From Planctomycetota bacterium (GTDB taxonomy: Bacteria; Planctomycetota; Phycisphaerae; Phycisphaerales; SM1A02): a stretch of 64,000 nt of DNA. The notes beneath the pieces are model-generated. The model searched no databases, was not told the origin of the DNA, and saw only the letters and a program-made list of their open reading frames with translations. The stretch is taken from contig QWPT01000009.1 of the NCBI GenBank assembly GCA_003671075.1, forward strand, positions 8,715 through 72,714, in the 5' to 3' direction. The position numbers were made by a program, and so were the translations under genes. Shown piece after piece: positions 8,752-17,903 of this stretch (positions within the stretch are counted from its first letter, which is position 1; every line of letters begins with the position of its first letter).

Positions 8752-9708
8752 ATGAAGCGTAAGAACAACGGGTTCCACCCCGGCGGGTTCACCCTCGTCG
8801 AGCTGCTCGTCGTCGTCGCGATTATCGCGCTTCTCATCGGCCTGCTTTTGCCGGCCCTGAGCAAGGCGCAGCGCACTGCGAAGAGTCTCCAGGACGCAGC
8901 CAACATCAGCCAGATCCACAAGGGCTTCCTCACCTGGGCCAACCAGGACGAGCGCGGTCGCCTTCCCCTGCCCGGCCTCATCCGCCGCAAGCAAGTTCCA
9001 GGCGCGGGCCCCAACGGCGCCAACGCCTTTGTCCCTGGTCAGGGCGAAGAAGACCTGCAGTACAACAACACTGCCAACCTCTACTCCGCGATGGTTGCCA
9101 AGGAATATGTCACGCCTGAGGTTCTCATCTCGCCCATCGAAACCAACCCCGTCGTCAAGAGGATGGAAAACTACAACCGCAACGCCTACACCCCGTCGGC
9201 GGCCAACCCGACCTTCTGGGATACTGGCTTCCTTGCCAACATCTTCCGCTCCGCCGACGGCCAGGCCACCTCGGCCTGCCACACCTCCTACGCGCACATG
9301 GCTCTCCACGGTGAGCGCAAGAAGTTCAGCTGGTCCAACAAGGCCGACGGAACCAAGGCCATCATGGGCAACCGCGGCACCTATAAGGGCGCCTTCAGCG
9401 GCGACAACTACAAGAAGAGCTACACGCTCCTCTTCCATGCTCCCGACGACACCTGGGAAGGCAATGTTGCCTACGGCGACAACCATGTCACACTCGAGCG
9501 CAGCGTGCTGCCTGACAATGTCCAGTATGAGTGCGGCAGCATCAACCTCAAGAAGGACAACATCTTCGCCTTTCAGGAGTTCGCCGCATGCAATGCCGGT
9601 CTCTCCACGGGCGGCGACTGCTGGATGTGCATGGGAATCGGCGCACCCAACGCGACGACCTACGCCGAAGCACCTGAGAAGCTGACCGACGGATCCAACC
9701 CGACCTAA
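8752..9708 (+). CDS. DUF1559 / H-X9-DG-type protein with a prepilin N-terminal cleavage-methylation signal
   Basis: N-terminus KNNGFHPGG|FTLVELLVVVAIIALLIGLLLPALSKA is a type IV pilin-like leader with Glu+5. The C-terminal WEGNVAYGDNHV motif resembles the H-X9-DG family common in Planctomycetota/Verrucomicrobiota. Confidence 0.85.
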   Translation: MKRKNNGFHPGGFTLVELLVVVAIIALLIGLLLPALSKAQRTAKSLQDAANISQIHKGFLTWANQDERGRLPLPGLIRRKQVPGAGPNGANAFVPGQGEEDLQYNNTANLYSAMVAKEYVTPEVLISPIETNPVVKRMENYNRNAYTPSAANPTFWDTGFLANIFRSADGQATSACHTSYAHMALHGERKKFSWSNKADGTKAIMGNRGTYKGAFSGDNYKKSYTLLFHAPDDTWEGNVAYGDNHVTLERSVLPDNVQYECGSINLKKDNIFAFQEFAACNAGLSTGGDCWMCMGIGAPNATTYAEAPEKLTDGSNPT

Positions 9709-9777
9709 ATCGACTCGGCTACAACAGCTCTCAACGATCGAACAATCACAATCTCCACCTCATCGGAGCAATTTCTT

Positions 9778-10662
9778 ATGCAGAATCCCAGCAATAAGGT
9801 CACCAGGACCAAGGCAACCAGGATGAAGGCGAATGGCGCCTTCACCCTGATCGAACTTCTCGTCGTCATGGGCATCATCGCCCTTCTTCTCGCCATCCTT
9901 CTCCCCGCACTCGGTAAGGCTCGCGCCACCGCCAAGCGCGTGAAGGACTCCACCCAGGTTCAGCAGATCCACAAGGGTTTCCTCACCCTCGCCCGCGATT
10001 TCAATGGCGTGTTCCCGACCCCGGGCGTCATTGACCGCGTTGGAAACATCCCCGGCAAGGGCGCCGAGGATCTTCTCGTCAACACGCACGGCAATATGTA
10101 CTCGGCCGCCATCATGCAGCACGCTTTCGACACCAATGTGCTCTATTGCCCGGCAGAAGTCAGCACCGCCGTTCTGGCGTTCGCCAACTACAACTTCGAC
10201 AAGTACAACGTGACCGCTGCCAACGATCTCTACTGGGACGACGCTTTCAAGTCCGACCTCACCGCGATCTCGAATGTCAGCTACGGCACGCTCCACCTCA
10301 ATGGAACCCGTAAGTCCAAGGAATGGAAGGACACCTACAACTCCAAGTTCGCCGTTCTCGCCAACCGTGGCGTGAAGGACGGTAGCCTCCTCCCGACCGA
10401 CTACAACAACTCGAAGACGCTCGCCATCCACGGCGGCGACAAGCAGTGGGAAGGCAATGTCTGCTTCAACGACAACCATGTTGCCTACGAGAACAAGTTC
10501 CAGCCCGACGGCATCACGCAGTTCGGCACGACCAACCCGCTCATCGACGACAACATCTTCAAGAATGACCCAGAAGCGGTCACCGCGGACAGCTGGCTGA
10601 CCATGATCAGCTCGGTCTCCGGCAGCGGAACGACCTACACCTTCACCGTGACCTGGGACTGA
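9778..10662 (+). CDS. DUF1559 / H-X9-DG-type prepilin-like protein (tandem paralogue)
   Basis: ANGA|FTLIELLVVMGIIALLLAILLPALGKARA leader plus C-terminal WEGNVCFNDNHV. It is clearly paralogous to 8752-9708. Confidence 0.85.
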   Translation: MQNPSNKVTRTKATRMKANGAFTLIELLVVMGIIALLLAILLPALGKARATAKRVKDSTQVQQIHKGFLTLARDFNGVFPTPGVIDRVGNIPGKGAEDLLVNTHGNMYSAAIMQHAFDTNVLYCPAEVSTAVLAFANYNFDKYNVTAANDLYWDDAFKSDLTAISNVSYGTLHLNGTRKSKEWKDTYNSKFAVLANRGVKDGSLLPTDYNNSKTLAIHGGDKQWEGNVCFNDNHVAYENKFQPDGITQFGTTNPLIDDNIFKNDPEAVTADSWLTMISSVSGSGTTYTFTVTWD

Positions 10663-10705
10663 TCCCTCACGGCAGGAAGGTTTGTTCAGCATCAGCTGAC
10701 ACTCT

Positions 10706-10745
10706 CCGCGACCGGCGCCACATGGCGCCGGTCGCGGTCTTTTTC
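10706..10745 (+). terminator. intrinsic terminator after the DUF1559 pair
   Basis: Perfect 14-bp stem ccgcgaccggcgcc (10706-10719) / ggcgccggtcgcgg (10724-10737), 4-nt loop, followed by tcttttt. Confidence 0.85.
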
Positions 10746-10893
10746 AATCTTGCACAACTACCCACAACGGTGATGGTCGACCCCGCCGCAATGATGATGT
10801 CTGTTCCCGCTGACCATGAGACCCATGACGAGACCCATGACCATCCGACCGACTAACATGCGACTCATGAGGGCTGCAGGGATCCGACATCGA

Positions 10894-12534
10894 ATGTACA
10901 TGCGCGTCTGCGCGATCTGCGCCGCCGCCGTGCTGCTCGTGAGTTCCGCCACCACCGTGGTCGGTGCGGCGGTCGGTGCGGCGGTTGGTGCGGCGCTTGC
11001 GATCGGCGCACCGATCCAATCCACCTCGATACCGAGCGAGCGCAAGGCCGCCCGCGTTGCCGTGCTGCCGATCACTGGCGCAATCGACGAAGTCACGCTT
11101 TGGTCCGTCGACCGCCGCCTGCGCGCGGTGAGCGAAGGAAAGTATGACGCGGTCGTGTTCGAGATCGACACGCCCGGCGGCGAGGTTGTCGCCATGCTCG
11201 ACATCTGCCTCCACATCAAGAGCGATGCGCCCGGCAACACGGTCGCGTGGATCAAGCCCAAGGCCTACAGCGCCGGCACCTTCATCGCGCTCAGCTGCCG
11301 CGAGATTGTGGTGGCCCCTGGTTCGGTGTTTGGCGATGCGGCGCCGATCGCGGTGATGCCCGGAGTTGGGTTGATGCCGATGTCTACAACCGAGCGCGCC
11401 AAACAGGAGTCGCCGCTTCTCGATCAACTCGATGCCGACGCCGCCCGCCGTGGCGACGACCCGCGGCTGCTGCAAGCGTTCGTCGCCGTCGAACGCGAAC
11501 TCTGGCTGATCCAACGCACTTCCGATGGCGCACGCCGCGTGGCCGACCGCCCTGAACTCGAGTTGCTCGGGCTCGACGGCGCAGTGCTTCCCACCCGTCC
11601 AACAGGAAACCTCGGCGCGCATCCACGCACCCCCGCGGAACTCCCGCTCACCGCCGCCGACAAGGGCGCGTGGACCATCGTCGAACTCATCGACACCGCC
11701 GATCGGCTTCTGGTCGTGCAGAGCGACGAAGCGATGCGCTGGGGCCTCGCCGCCGCCGAAGTGAAGGACGACGCGGCGCTATCGGCGTTCTTCCTCGCCG
11801 ATGCAGTGGTGCGCTTTCCTGAAAGTTGGACGGAGACGCTGGTTCGCTTCCTGATCTCGTGGCCGGTGCGCATTCTGCTCATCGCCATCTTCATCGTCGC
11901 GCTCATCATCGAGGGCTTGCATCCAGGCATTGGCGTTGCGGGCGTCATCGCCGCAGCGATGCTTGTGCTGCTTGTGGGCGCGCCCAGTCTGCTCGGTCTC
12001 GCCGAATGGTGGGAAATCCTGCTTGTAGTTGCTGGAATCGGACTGATTGGCGTGGAGGTCATGCTGCTTCCTGGCACGGCCATTCCCGGAATCGCCGGCG
12101 CATTGTGCGTGCTCGTCGGGCTGGTCGCCAGCTTCACCGGCAACGACCCGACCAGCGCCGGCGAACGCGCCGCGCTCCTCACCGCTTCCACGACCACTAT
12201 CACCGGCATTCTGCTCGGCGCCATTCTCACTTGGTTTTGTTCGCGCTGGTTCCGCGAGACGGCGATCTTCAAGAGCGCGGTCTTGTCCGCCGCCATCACC
12301 GGCAATCACGGCGCTCCGACCCGCGGCGAACCCGCGCTTCCCGTCGTTGGCGCGCGCGGCATCGCCGACAGTGATCTCCGCCCCTCAGGACGCGCACGAT
12401 TCGGCGAGAACTTCTTCGACGCACAGTCCACTGGTTCGTACATCGACTGCGGCCGCGCGATCGAGGTCGTAAGCCGCATCGGCTCGACGGTCATTGTCGA
12501 GGAACTGCGCGCCGATCGAGATGGCAACACATGA
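10894..12534 (+). CDS. NfeD-family membrane-bound ClpP-class serine protease
   Basis: ClpP-like domain (LPITGAIDEV..VVFEIDTPGGEV..AYSAGTFIALSC), multiple TM helices, and a C-terminal NfeD OB domain (GIADSDLRPSGRARFGENFFDAQSTGSYIDCGRAIEVV). The start is uncertain (10816, 10894 or 10900). Confidence 0.8.
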   Translation: MYMRVCAICAAAVLLVSSATTVVGAAVGAAVGAALAIGAPIQSTSIPSERKAARVAVLPITGAIDEVTLWSVDRRLRAVSEGKYDAVVFEIDTPGGEVVAMLDICLHIKSDAPGNTVAWIKPKAYSAGTFIALSCREIVVAPGSVFGDAAPIAVMPGVGLMPMSTTERAKQESPLLDQLDADAARRGDDPRLLQAFVAVERELWLIQRTSDGARRVADRPELELLGLDGAVLPTRPTGNLGAHPRTPAELPLTAADKGAWTIVELIDTADRLLVVQSDEAMRWGLAAAEVKDDAALSAFFLADAVVRFPESWTETLVRFLISWPVRILLIAIFIVALIIEGLHPGIGVAGVIAAAMLVLLVGAPSLLGLAEWWEILLVVAGIGLIGVEVMLLPGTAIPGIAGALCVLVGLVASFTGNDPTSAGERAALLTASTTTITGILLGAILTWFCSRWFRETAIFKSAVLSAAITGNHGAPTRGEPALPVVGARGIADSDLRPSGRARFGENFFDAQSTGSYIDCGRAIEVVSRIGSTVIVEELRADRDGNT

Positions 12535-13040
12535 ACGGCCAAGAATCATCGGGCGCGCTCATCGCCGCAATCCTGCTGGGTGTCGCGGCAATCGGCATCT
12601 TCTTCCTCGAGTTCCTGCTTCCCACTGGCGGCCTGCTTGCGGTGCTCTGCGTGATGTCGGCGATCGCTTCGATCGTGCTCGGATTTATGCACGACCCCAC
12701 GCTCGGAATGGCGTTGCTGGCGCTCTACTCGGTGGCGGCGCCGTTCATGGTGGTGCTCGGCCTGCGCCTGGCCACCAAGTCGCGCCTCGGCCGGCACATG
12801 GTCCTCTCCACTGAGGATCCCGCGCGCACCGGCTCGGGAATCGCCGAACAAGTCAACTCGCTTCCGCGCGTTGGCGCGACGGGTGAAGCGATCACCACGC
12901 TTCGTCCATCGGGTTTCGTGCGCATCGACGGCCGTCGGCTCGACGCCAGCGCCGAAAGCGACCTGATCGACTCAGGCACTCCCATCGAAGTCATCTCCGT
13001 ACGAGACGGACAAGTTCGGGTGCGCGCTCGCCGTGCATGA
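12531..13040 (+). CDS. NfeD-like membrane protein (TM helices plus OB domain, no protease domain)
   Basis: Three hydrophobic helices are followed by VGATGEAITTLRPSGFVRIDGRRLDASAESDLIDSGTPIEVISV. The ATG overlaps the upstream stop (ATGA). Confidence 0.7.
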   Translation: MNGQESSGALIAAILLGVAAIGIFFLEFLLPTGGLLAVLCVMSAIASIVLGFMHDPTLGMALLALYSVAAPFMVVLGLRLATKSRLGRHMVLSTEDPARTGSGIAEQVNSLPRVGATGEAITTLRPSGFVRIDGRRLDASAESDLIDSGTPIEVISVRDGQVRVRARRA

Positions 13041-13097
13041 TCCGTGCATGATCCGTCCATGATCCGTGCATGATCCGTGCACGATCCGTGCACGAGC
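13035..13097. repeat. ~5.5 x 11-bp tandem repeat (tgcatgatccg)
   Basis: tgcatgatccg-type units at 13035, 13046, 13057 (tccatgatccg), 13068, 13079 (tgcacgatccg) and 13090 (partial). It spans the nfeD stop and the gap before floA. Confidence 0.9.
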
Positions 13098-13145
13098 AAT
13101 GCTCAAACACTGATACCCTCACCCCGCAACTCGGCAGACTCCACC

Positions 13146-14189
13146 ATGAACACACTACTCGCCCAAATCCCCGGCACTCCTGGCCCCGTCACTCCTGGCA
13201 CTGTTCTGCTCTGGGTGTTCCTCGTCGTCATCGCCCTCGTCGGACTCTTCACCTTCTTCGTCATGCTCGGCGTGCTGAAGCTGTATGTGCAAGCGCTCTT
13301 CAGTGACGCCAAGGTCGGCATGCTTGACCTGGTGATGATGCGGCTTCGCAAGGTTCCCCCTGACCTCATCGTCATCAACCGTATCAGCGCTAAGAAGGCC
13401 GGCCTCGACATCTCGACCGACCTGATGGAAGCGCATTACCTCGCGCGTGGAAACATCAGCCGCGTGGTGGCGGCGATGATCGCGGCCGACAAGGCAGGCA
13501 TTGAGCTTCCGTGGAACCGTGCGACCGCGACCGACCTTGCGGGTCGCGACATTCTCGATGCCGTGCAAACTTCGGTGAATCCGAAGGTCATCGACTGTCC
13601 AAGCGCCAACTCTGGCCGCCAGACCATCGACGCCGTTGCCAAGGACGGCATCCAATTGCGCGCCAAGGCCCGCGTGACCGTGCGCACCGCTATCTCGCGC
13701 CTCGTCGGCGGCGCAACCGAAGAGACCATCATCGCCCGTGTTGGCGAAGGCATCATCTCGACGATCGGCTCGGCCGAAAATCACAAGCATGTGCTGGAGA
13801 ATCCCGATCGCATTTCCAAGACCGTGCTCGCCAAGGGCCTCGACTCGGGAACCGCGTTTGAAATCCTCTCCATCGACATCGCCGACATCGATGTCGGCGA
13901 GAACATCGGCGCCCAACTGCAAGCTGCGCAGGCCGAGGCCGATACCAAGCGGTTTCAAGCACAGGCCGAGCAGCGCCGCGCGCTCGCCGTTGCGCTCGAG
14001 GTCGAGTACCAGGCCGAAGCGCAGAAGAACCGCGCGCTGGTTGTGCTCGCCGAGGCCGAGGTTCCCAAGGCGATTTCCGAGGCTCTGCGCAGCGGAAAGC
14101 TCGGGCTGATGGACTACTACCGCATGCAGAACATGGTGGCGGATACGCAGATGCGCAGTGCCATCGGCGGCACTCCGCCCCAGAGCTGA
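13146..14189 (+). CDS. floA: flotillin-like protein FloA (UPF0365/YqfA, SPFH superfamily)
   Basis: N-terminal TM helix, then [81 protein letters not shown], closely matching the YqfA/FloA pattern. It sits downstream of nfeD genes, as is typical. Confidence 0.85.
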   Translation: MNTLLAQIPGTPGPVTPGTVLLWVFLVVIALVGLFTFFVMLGVLKLYVQALFSDAKVGMLDLVMMRLRKVPPDLIVINRISAKKAGLDISTDLMEAHYLARGNISRVVAAMIAADKAGIELPWNRATATDLAGRDILDAVQTSVNPKVIDCPSANSGRQTIDAVAKDGIQLRAKARVTVRTAISRLVGGATEETIIARVGEGIISTIGSAENHKHVLENPDRISKTVLAKGLDSGTAFEILSIDIADIDVGENIGAQLQAAQAEADTKRFQAQAEQRRALAVALEVEYQAEAQKNRALVVLAEAEVPKAISEALRSGKLGLMDYYRMQNMVADTQMRSAIGGTPPQS

Positions 14190-14196
14190 ACTCGCA

Positions 14197-14952
14197 ATGC
14201 CGACGCTCTTCGTCGTCATGCCCGTCTACAACGAACCCGCCACCCTGGCGGAATCGGTGTCACGCGTCCGCACCGCGCGACTCGGAGAAGGCTGGCACAC
14301 GCAGCCCATCCTTATCGACGACGGCTCGGACGAGGCGACGCTGCGGGCTGTGCGCGCGCTGGTGGACGATCGCGGGGCCGAGCGCGGAACAATCGCCCTC
14401 TTTCATCCGAAGAACCGGGGCAAGGGTGCCGCGATTCGCACTGGTTTCGCACACGCGCTCACCATCGCCGCCGATGACGACGCGATCATGATTCAAGACG
14501 CCGACCTCGAGTACGACTCCGCCGACTTCGCGGGAATGCTCGCTCCTCTGGCCGTCGGTCACGCCGATCTCGTGCTCGGAAACCGCTGGGCCGTTCAGCC
14601 GCGCGGAATCAAGCGACTCGCTCACCGAATGCTCAACGGCCTGCTCACGCTCTCGAGCAACCTCGCGACTGGGCTCAAGGTCAGCGACATGGAATGTTGC
14701 CTCAAACTTTTTTCGGTACCAGCAATGCGGCGGATCATCGGCGAACTCGACGAGGAGCGCTTCGGCATCGAGCCGCAGATCATCGCCGTTGCCTCGAGGC
14801 ATAGGCTGCGCGTCTGCGAGGCGCCCGTGTCCTACTCGCCGCGCTCCTTCGATGAAGGCAAGAAGATTCGCATGAAGGATGGTTTGCGCGTGTTCGTTGT
14901 GCTGTGGCGCGAGCGGCGGCGCACGGCTCGCGCGCTACACTCGCGCGCTTGA
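14197..14952 (+). CDS. family 2 glycosyltransferase (polyprenol-phosphate sugar transferase-like)
   Basis: FVVMPVYNEPATL..., ILIDDGSDEAT and QDADLEYD (DxD) are GT-A/GT2 motifs. Confidence 0.85.
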   Translation: MPTLFVVMPVYNEPATLAESVSRVRTARLGEGWHTQPILIDDGSDEATLRAVRALVDDRGAERGTIALFHPKNRGKGAAIRTGFAHALTIAADDDAIMIQDADLEYDSADFAGMLAPLAVGHADLVLGNRWAVQPRGIKRLAHRMLNGLLTLSSNLATGLKVSDMECCLKLFSVPAMRRIIGELDEERFGIEPQIIAVASRHRLRVCEAPVSYSPRSFDEGKKIRMKDGLRVFVVLWRERRRTARALHSRA

Positions 14953-15938
14953 GCGACGCCACGACCACACTCGAGCCGACACGACCGTCGCGCGCGAAAA
15001 TCGCGCTGCAGATCGTGGGATTTCTCATCGGATGCGCCCTGGTGGCGTGGTGCGCGATGCGCGCATTTCGCGGCGGCGCCGACGGCCTCGCCAAACTCCG
15101 CGCCGCCGATCCGATGCTGGTGGCCACGCTCATTTTCGCCACGCTGGGCTCGATCATCTGCTCGGGATTCACCTTCTGGGCCGTCGCTCGACCGATTCGC
15201 CGCTTCAGCGTCGTGGAGATGCAAGCAGTCAATCTCATGGCGTCGCTGTTCAACTACGCGCCGGTTCGGCTCGGACTTTTCCTGCGCTGCGTTTTTCATT
15301 GGCGCGTCGAGCGCATGCCCGCGACCGACATCGGCGCGTGGATCGCGGGCGTTGCGATCGTCACGCTCGGATCGATCGGGTCGGCGTTGGCGGCGGGGCT
15401 CGTGCAGATTCCCGCTGGCCGCGCCGAAATCGCCCTCGACTGGATGTGGTTCGTCACTTACGCCGCCTGCATCGGCGCTGGAACCGCGCTCACGCTCGCC
15501 ATCGGCCGCGCGCCGCTGCTGCGAAAATTCCTCAAGGGTAGCGAGCGCGTTCTCACCTCCCCTCGCGCACTCGCCGAGAGCCTCGGCTTTCGCACGATCG
15601 ACCTCTCGATGTGGTCGCTGCGCATGTGGGCGGCGTCGCAAATCGTCGGCGTTTCGCTGAGTCCCGCCCAAGCGGCGCTGCTTGCTGCGGTCGCGATCCT
15701 GGGCGCGGGCAATCCTCTCGGCCGCATCGGCTGGCGCGAAGCGTTGGTCGCCTTCGTTGCGCCGTATGTCATCACCGGCGCAACCTCGCCCGAAGAACTC
15801 GACACGCTCACCTCGCAACTCGCGCTTCTTGAAAGCGCAGGCGAAGCCGTCATCACCATCCCGCTGGGAATTTTCGGTGCGATCTGGTGCTGGCGATCGA
15901 TGCGCGCCGCCGCCGCCCGCGTAGGCTCTCCCGCGTGA
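14949..15938 (+). CDS. polytopic membrane protein, lysyl-PG-synthase TM region/UPF0104 (flippase-like)
   Basis: About 8 predicted TM helices with a lysylphosphatidylglycerol-synthase-TM-like arrangement. A TTG at 14949 overlaps the GT2 stop (TTGA). The ORF-track start at 14904 is the alternative. Confidence 0.55.
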   Translation: MSDATTTLEPTRPSRAKIALQIVGFLIGCALVAWCAMRAFRGGADGLAKLRAADPMLVATLIFATLGSIICSGFTFWAVARPIRRFSVVEMQAVNLMASLFNYAPVRLGLFLRCVFHWRVERMPATDIGAWIAGVAIVTLGSIGSALAAGLVQIPAGRAEIALDWMWFVTYAACIGAGTALTLAIGRAPLLRKFLKGSERVLTSPRALAESLGFRTIDLSMWSLRMWAASQIVGVSLSPAQAALLAAVAILGAGNPLGRIGWREALVAFVAPYVITGATSPEELDTLTSQLALLESAGEAVITIPLGIFGAIWCWRSMRAAAARVGSPA

Positions 15939-17197
15939 GCATCTCCCTGCCCATCCTCATGCTGCCCATCGCCGCCCAGCGCTACAGCTGCCACGGCTGC
16001 GGCAACTGCTGCCGCGACTTCACCGTGCAACTGCGCGAAGCCGACCTCGCCAAACTGCGCGCGCAAGACTGGGAAACAAAGCTCGCGATGCCCGTCACCG
16101 TCGAGTTTCGCGCCACGACCTATTTGCGCCAACGCGAAGACGGAGCCTGCGTCTTCCTCATGGACGACGGCCTCTGTCGCATCCACAAGGAGTACGGATT
16201 TGCCGAGAAACCGATCGCCTGCCAGATGTTTCCTTTCGTACTTGTTCCCGACGATGTGCGCACTCATGTAGGCATTTCCTTCGCGTGCCAGAGCGTGCGC
16301 GAGAACAAGGGCGCCGAGTTGCGCACTCACATCCGTGAGGTCGATCGCATGAGCCAGAGCGTGCCCGAGACGCGCGCCGCGACCTACAGCGCAATGCTCG
16401 CCGACGCCATGTCGGCGAAAGAAGGCGAGCTCGATGCGCTGCGCATGACGCTCGATCGACTTCTCGCGCGCGAAGACTTGGTGATGCGCGATCGCTTCGA
16501 CGGACTTGCGTGGATTGCCGCAAATCTCGGCCGCGCCAAGCTCGTCGAGGTACGCGCCAATCGATTTCGCGAGTTGGTGATGGTGCTGGCCAGCGCAGTG
16601 CCGGCTGAACTCGAACATCTCCCGCTTGAGGCTGCGCTTACCAAACAGATGCGGCTTCTGCGCCAAGCGGTCTACGCGCGCCTCGAGGATGTGCAGGTGA
16701 ACAAGGCGAAGGCGAAGGGGCGATGGCGCACCGTGCTTGCGCAGTTTCTTGCCAGTCGCGCGTTCACGCGCGGCGCTGGGCCAGTGCCATCGGTCGCGCG
16801 CGATCTGCTCGAAGGCTGCGATTTTGCGGCGATTTCAGCGATTCCCACCCTCTCGGAAAGTGCAGATCGCGAAGCGATCGACGCGCTGCTCTCGCGCTAC
16901 GCCCGCGCGACCCTGCTGGGAAATCGCGCATGGGGCGCGGGTTACTACGGATGGTCGGCGGTGCGCGGACTGCAGGCAATGGTGCTCAACATCGCTTGCA
17001 CCGCGTGGCTCGCCCGCGCGCTCGCCGCCAAGCGCGGCCACCCGACGGCCACCATCGACGATGTGCGCGACGCGCTCGGCCGCATCGATCGCCACGCTGG
17101 CCGCGCGCCGTGGCTTGGTTCGGTCGGCGAGCGGCTGCGCCTCGAGTTCTTCCGGCTCGACGACGGACTGCGCCGCATCACGCGCGAAAGCATCTAA
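15935..17197 (+). CDS. YkgJ-family cysteine-cluster (putative Fe-S/Zn) protein with a long C-terminal extension
   Basis: CHGCGNCCRDF ... DGACVFLMDDGLCRIHKEYG..KPIACQMFPF is the YkgJ/CxxCxxCC signature. A GTG at 15935 overlaps the upstream stop (GTGA). Confidence 0.65.
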   Translation: MSISLPILMLPIAAQRYSCHGCGNCCRDFTVQLREADLAKLRAQDWETKLAMPVTVEFRATTYLRQREDGACVFLMDDGLCRIHKEYGFAEKPIACQMFPFVLVPDDVRTHVGISFACQSVRENKGAELRTHIREVDRMSQSVPETRAATYSAMLADAMSAKEGELDALRMTLDRLLAREDLVMRDRFDGLAWIAANLGRAKLVEVRANRFRELVMVLASAVPAELEHLPLEAALTKQMRLLRQAVYARLEDVQVNKAKAKGRWRTVLAQFLASRAFTRGAGPVPSVARDLLEGCDFAAISAIPTLSESADREAIDALLSRYARATLLGNRAWGAGYYGWSAVRGLQAMVLNIACTAWLARALAAKRGHPTATIDDVRDALGRIDRHAGRAPWLGSVGERLRLEFFRLDDGLRRITRESI

Positions 17198-17246
17198 TCA
17201 AGCCCATCTATTCAAGCGCATCTATTCAAGCGCATCTCATCAAGCG
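17191..17246. repeat. 4 x 14-bp tandem repeat (catctattcaagcg) in a convergent gap
   Basis: Units at 17191-17204, 17205-17218, 17219-17232 and 17233-17246. The repeat bridges the stop codons of the ykgJ-like gene (17197) and rdgB (17240). Confidence 0.9.
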
Positions 17247-17851
17247 CGCCCAAGCAGCGTGACCAGCGTGCGCAGCGCGTTTCCCCGATGACTGCGCGCG
17301 TTCTTCTCCTGGCTCGAAAGTTCGGCGCTGGTGCGACCGTCTTCAAGAACCAGCAGCGGGTCGTAGCCGAATCCGTTGGCGCCGCGCAGCGTGTGACCGA
17401 TGCGCCCTTCGAAATGTCCGCGCGCTTGAGCAGCAATGGTGCCGTCGGGGCTCGCCACACAAAGCACGCACACAAAGCGCGCGCCGCGTTGCGCATCAGC
17501 CACGCCGTCGAGCTCGCGTAACAACCGCGCGTTGTTCGCGGCGTCGCGTTGCTCGCGCGTTGCGCCGATCCCTGCAAATCGCGCGCTATGCACGCCAGGC
17601 CGACCGCCCAGCGCATCGACCTCAAGCCCAGAGTCGTCGGCGAGAACCGTCGCGCCCAAAGCCTTTGCGTAGGCAATCGCCTTGATCCGCGCATTCGCCT
17701 CAAAAGTCGCGCCGTCCTCTTCAGGCTCGGGAATCCCCGCATCGCCAAGCGCCACGCAGGCGATCCCTATCTGTCCGAGAACGGATTCGATCTCTTCCAC
17801 CTTGTGCGGATTTGAAGTCGCGATGATCAGCTTTTTCATAATGGAACCCAT
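17240..17851 (-). CDS. rdgB: non-canonical purine NTP pyrophosphatase (RdgB/HAM1)
   Basis: KLIIATSNPHKVEEI, EEDGATFEANA.IKA, DDSGLEVDALGGRPGVHSARF and GFGYDPL are RdgB/HAM1 hallmarks. Confidence 0.9.
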   Translation of the reverse strand: MGSIMKKLIIATSNPHKVEEIESVLGQIGIACVALGDAGIPEPEEDGATFEANARIKAIAYAKALGATVLADDSGLEVDALGGRPGVHSARFAGIGATREQRDAANNARLLRELDGVADAQRGARFVCVLCVASPDGTIAAQARGHFEGRIGHTLRGANGFGYDPLLVLEDGRTSAELSSQEKNARSHRGNALRTLVTLLGRA

Positions 17852-17903
17852 GAATCGCTTGCAGTGTGCAGGAATGCCCGCAGCCTAGCGCAGGAGAAAC
17901 AGG

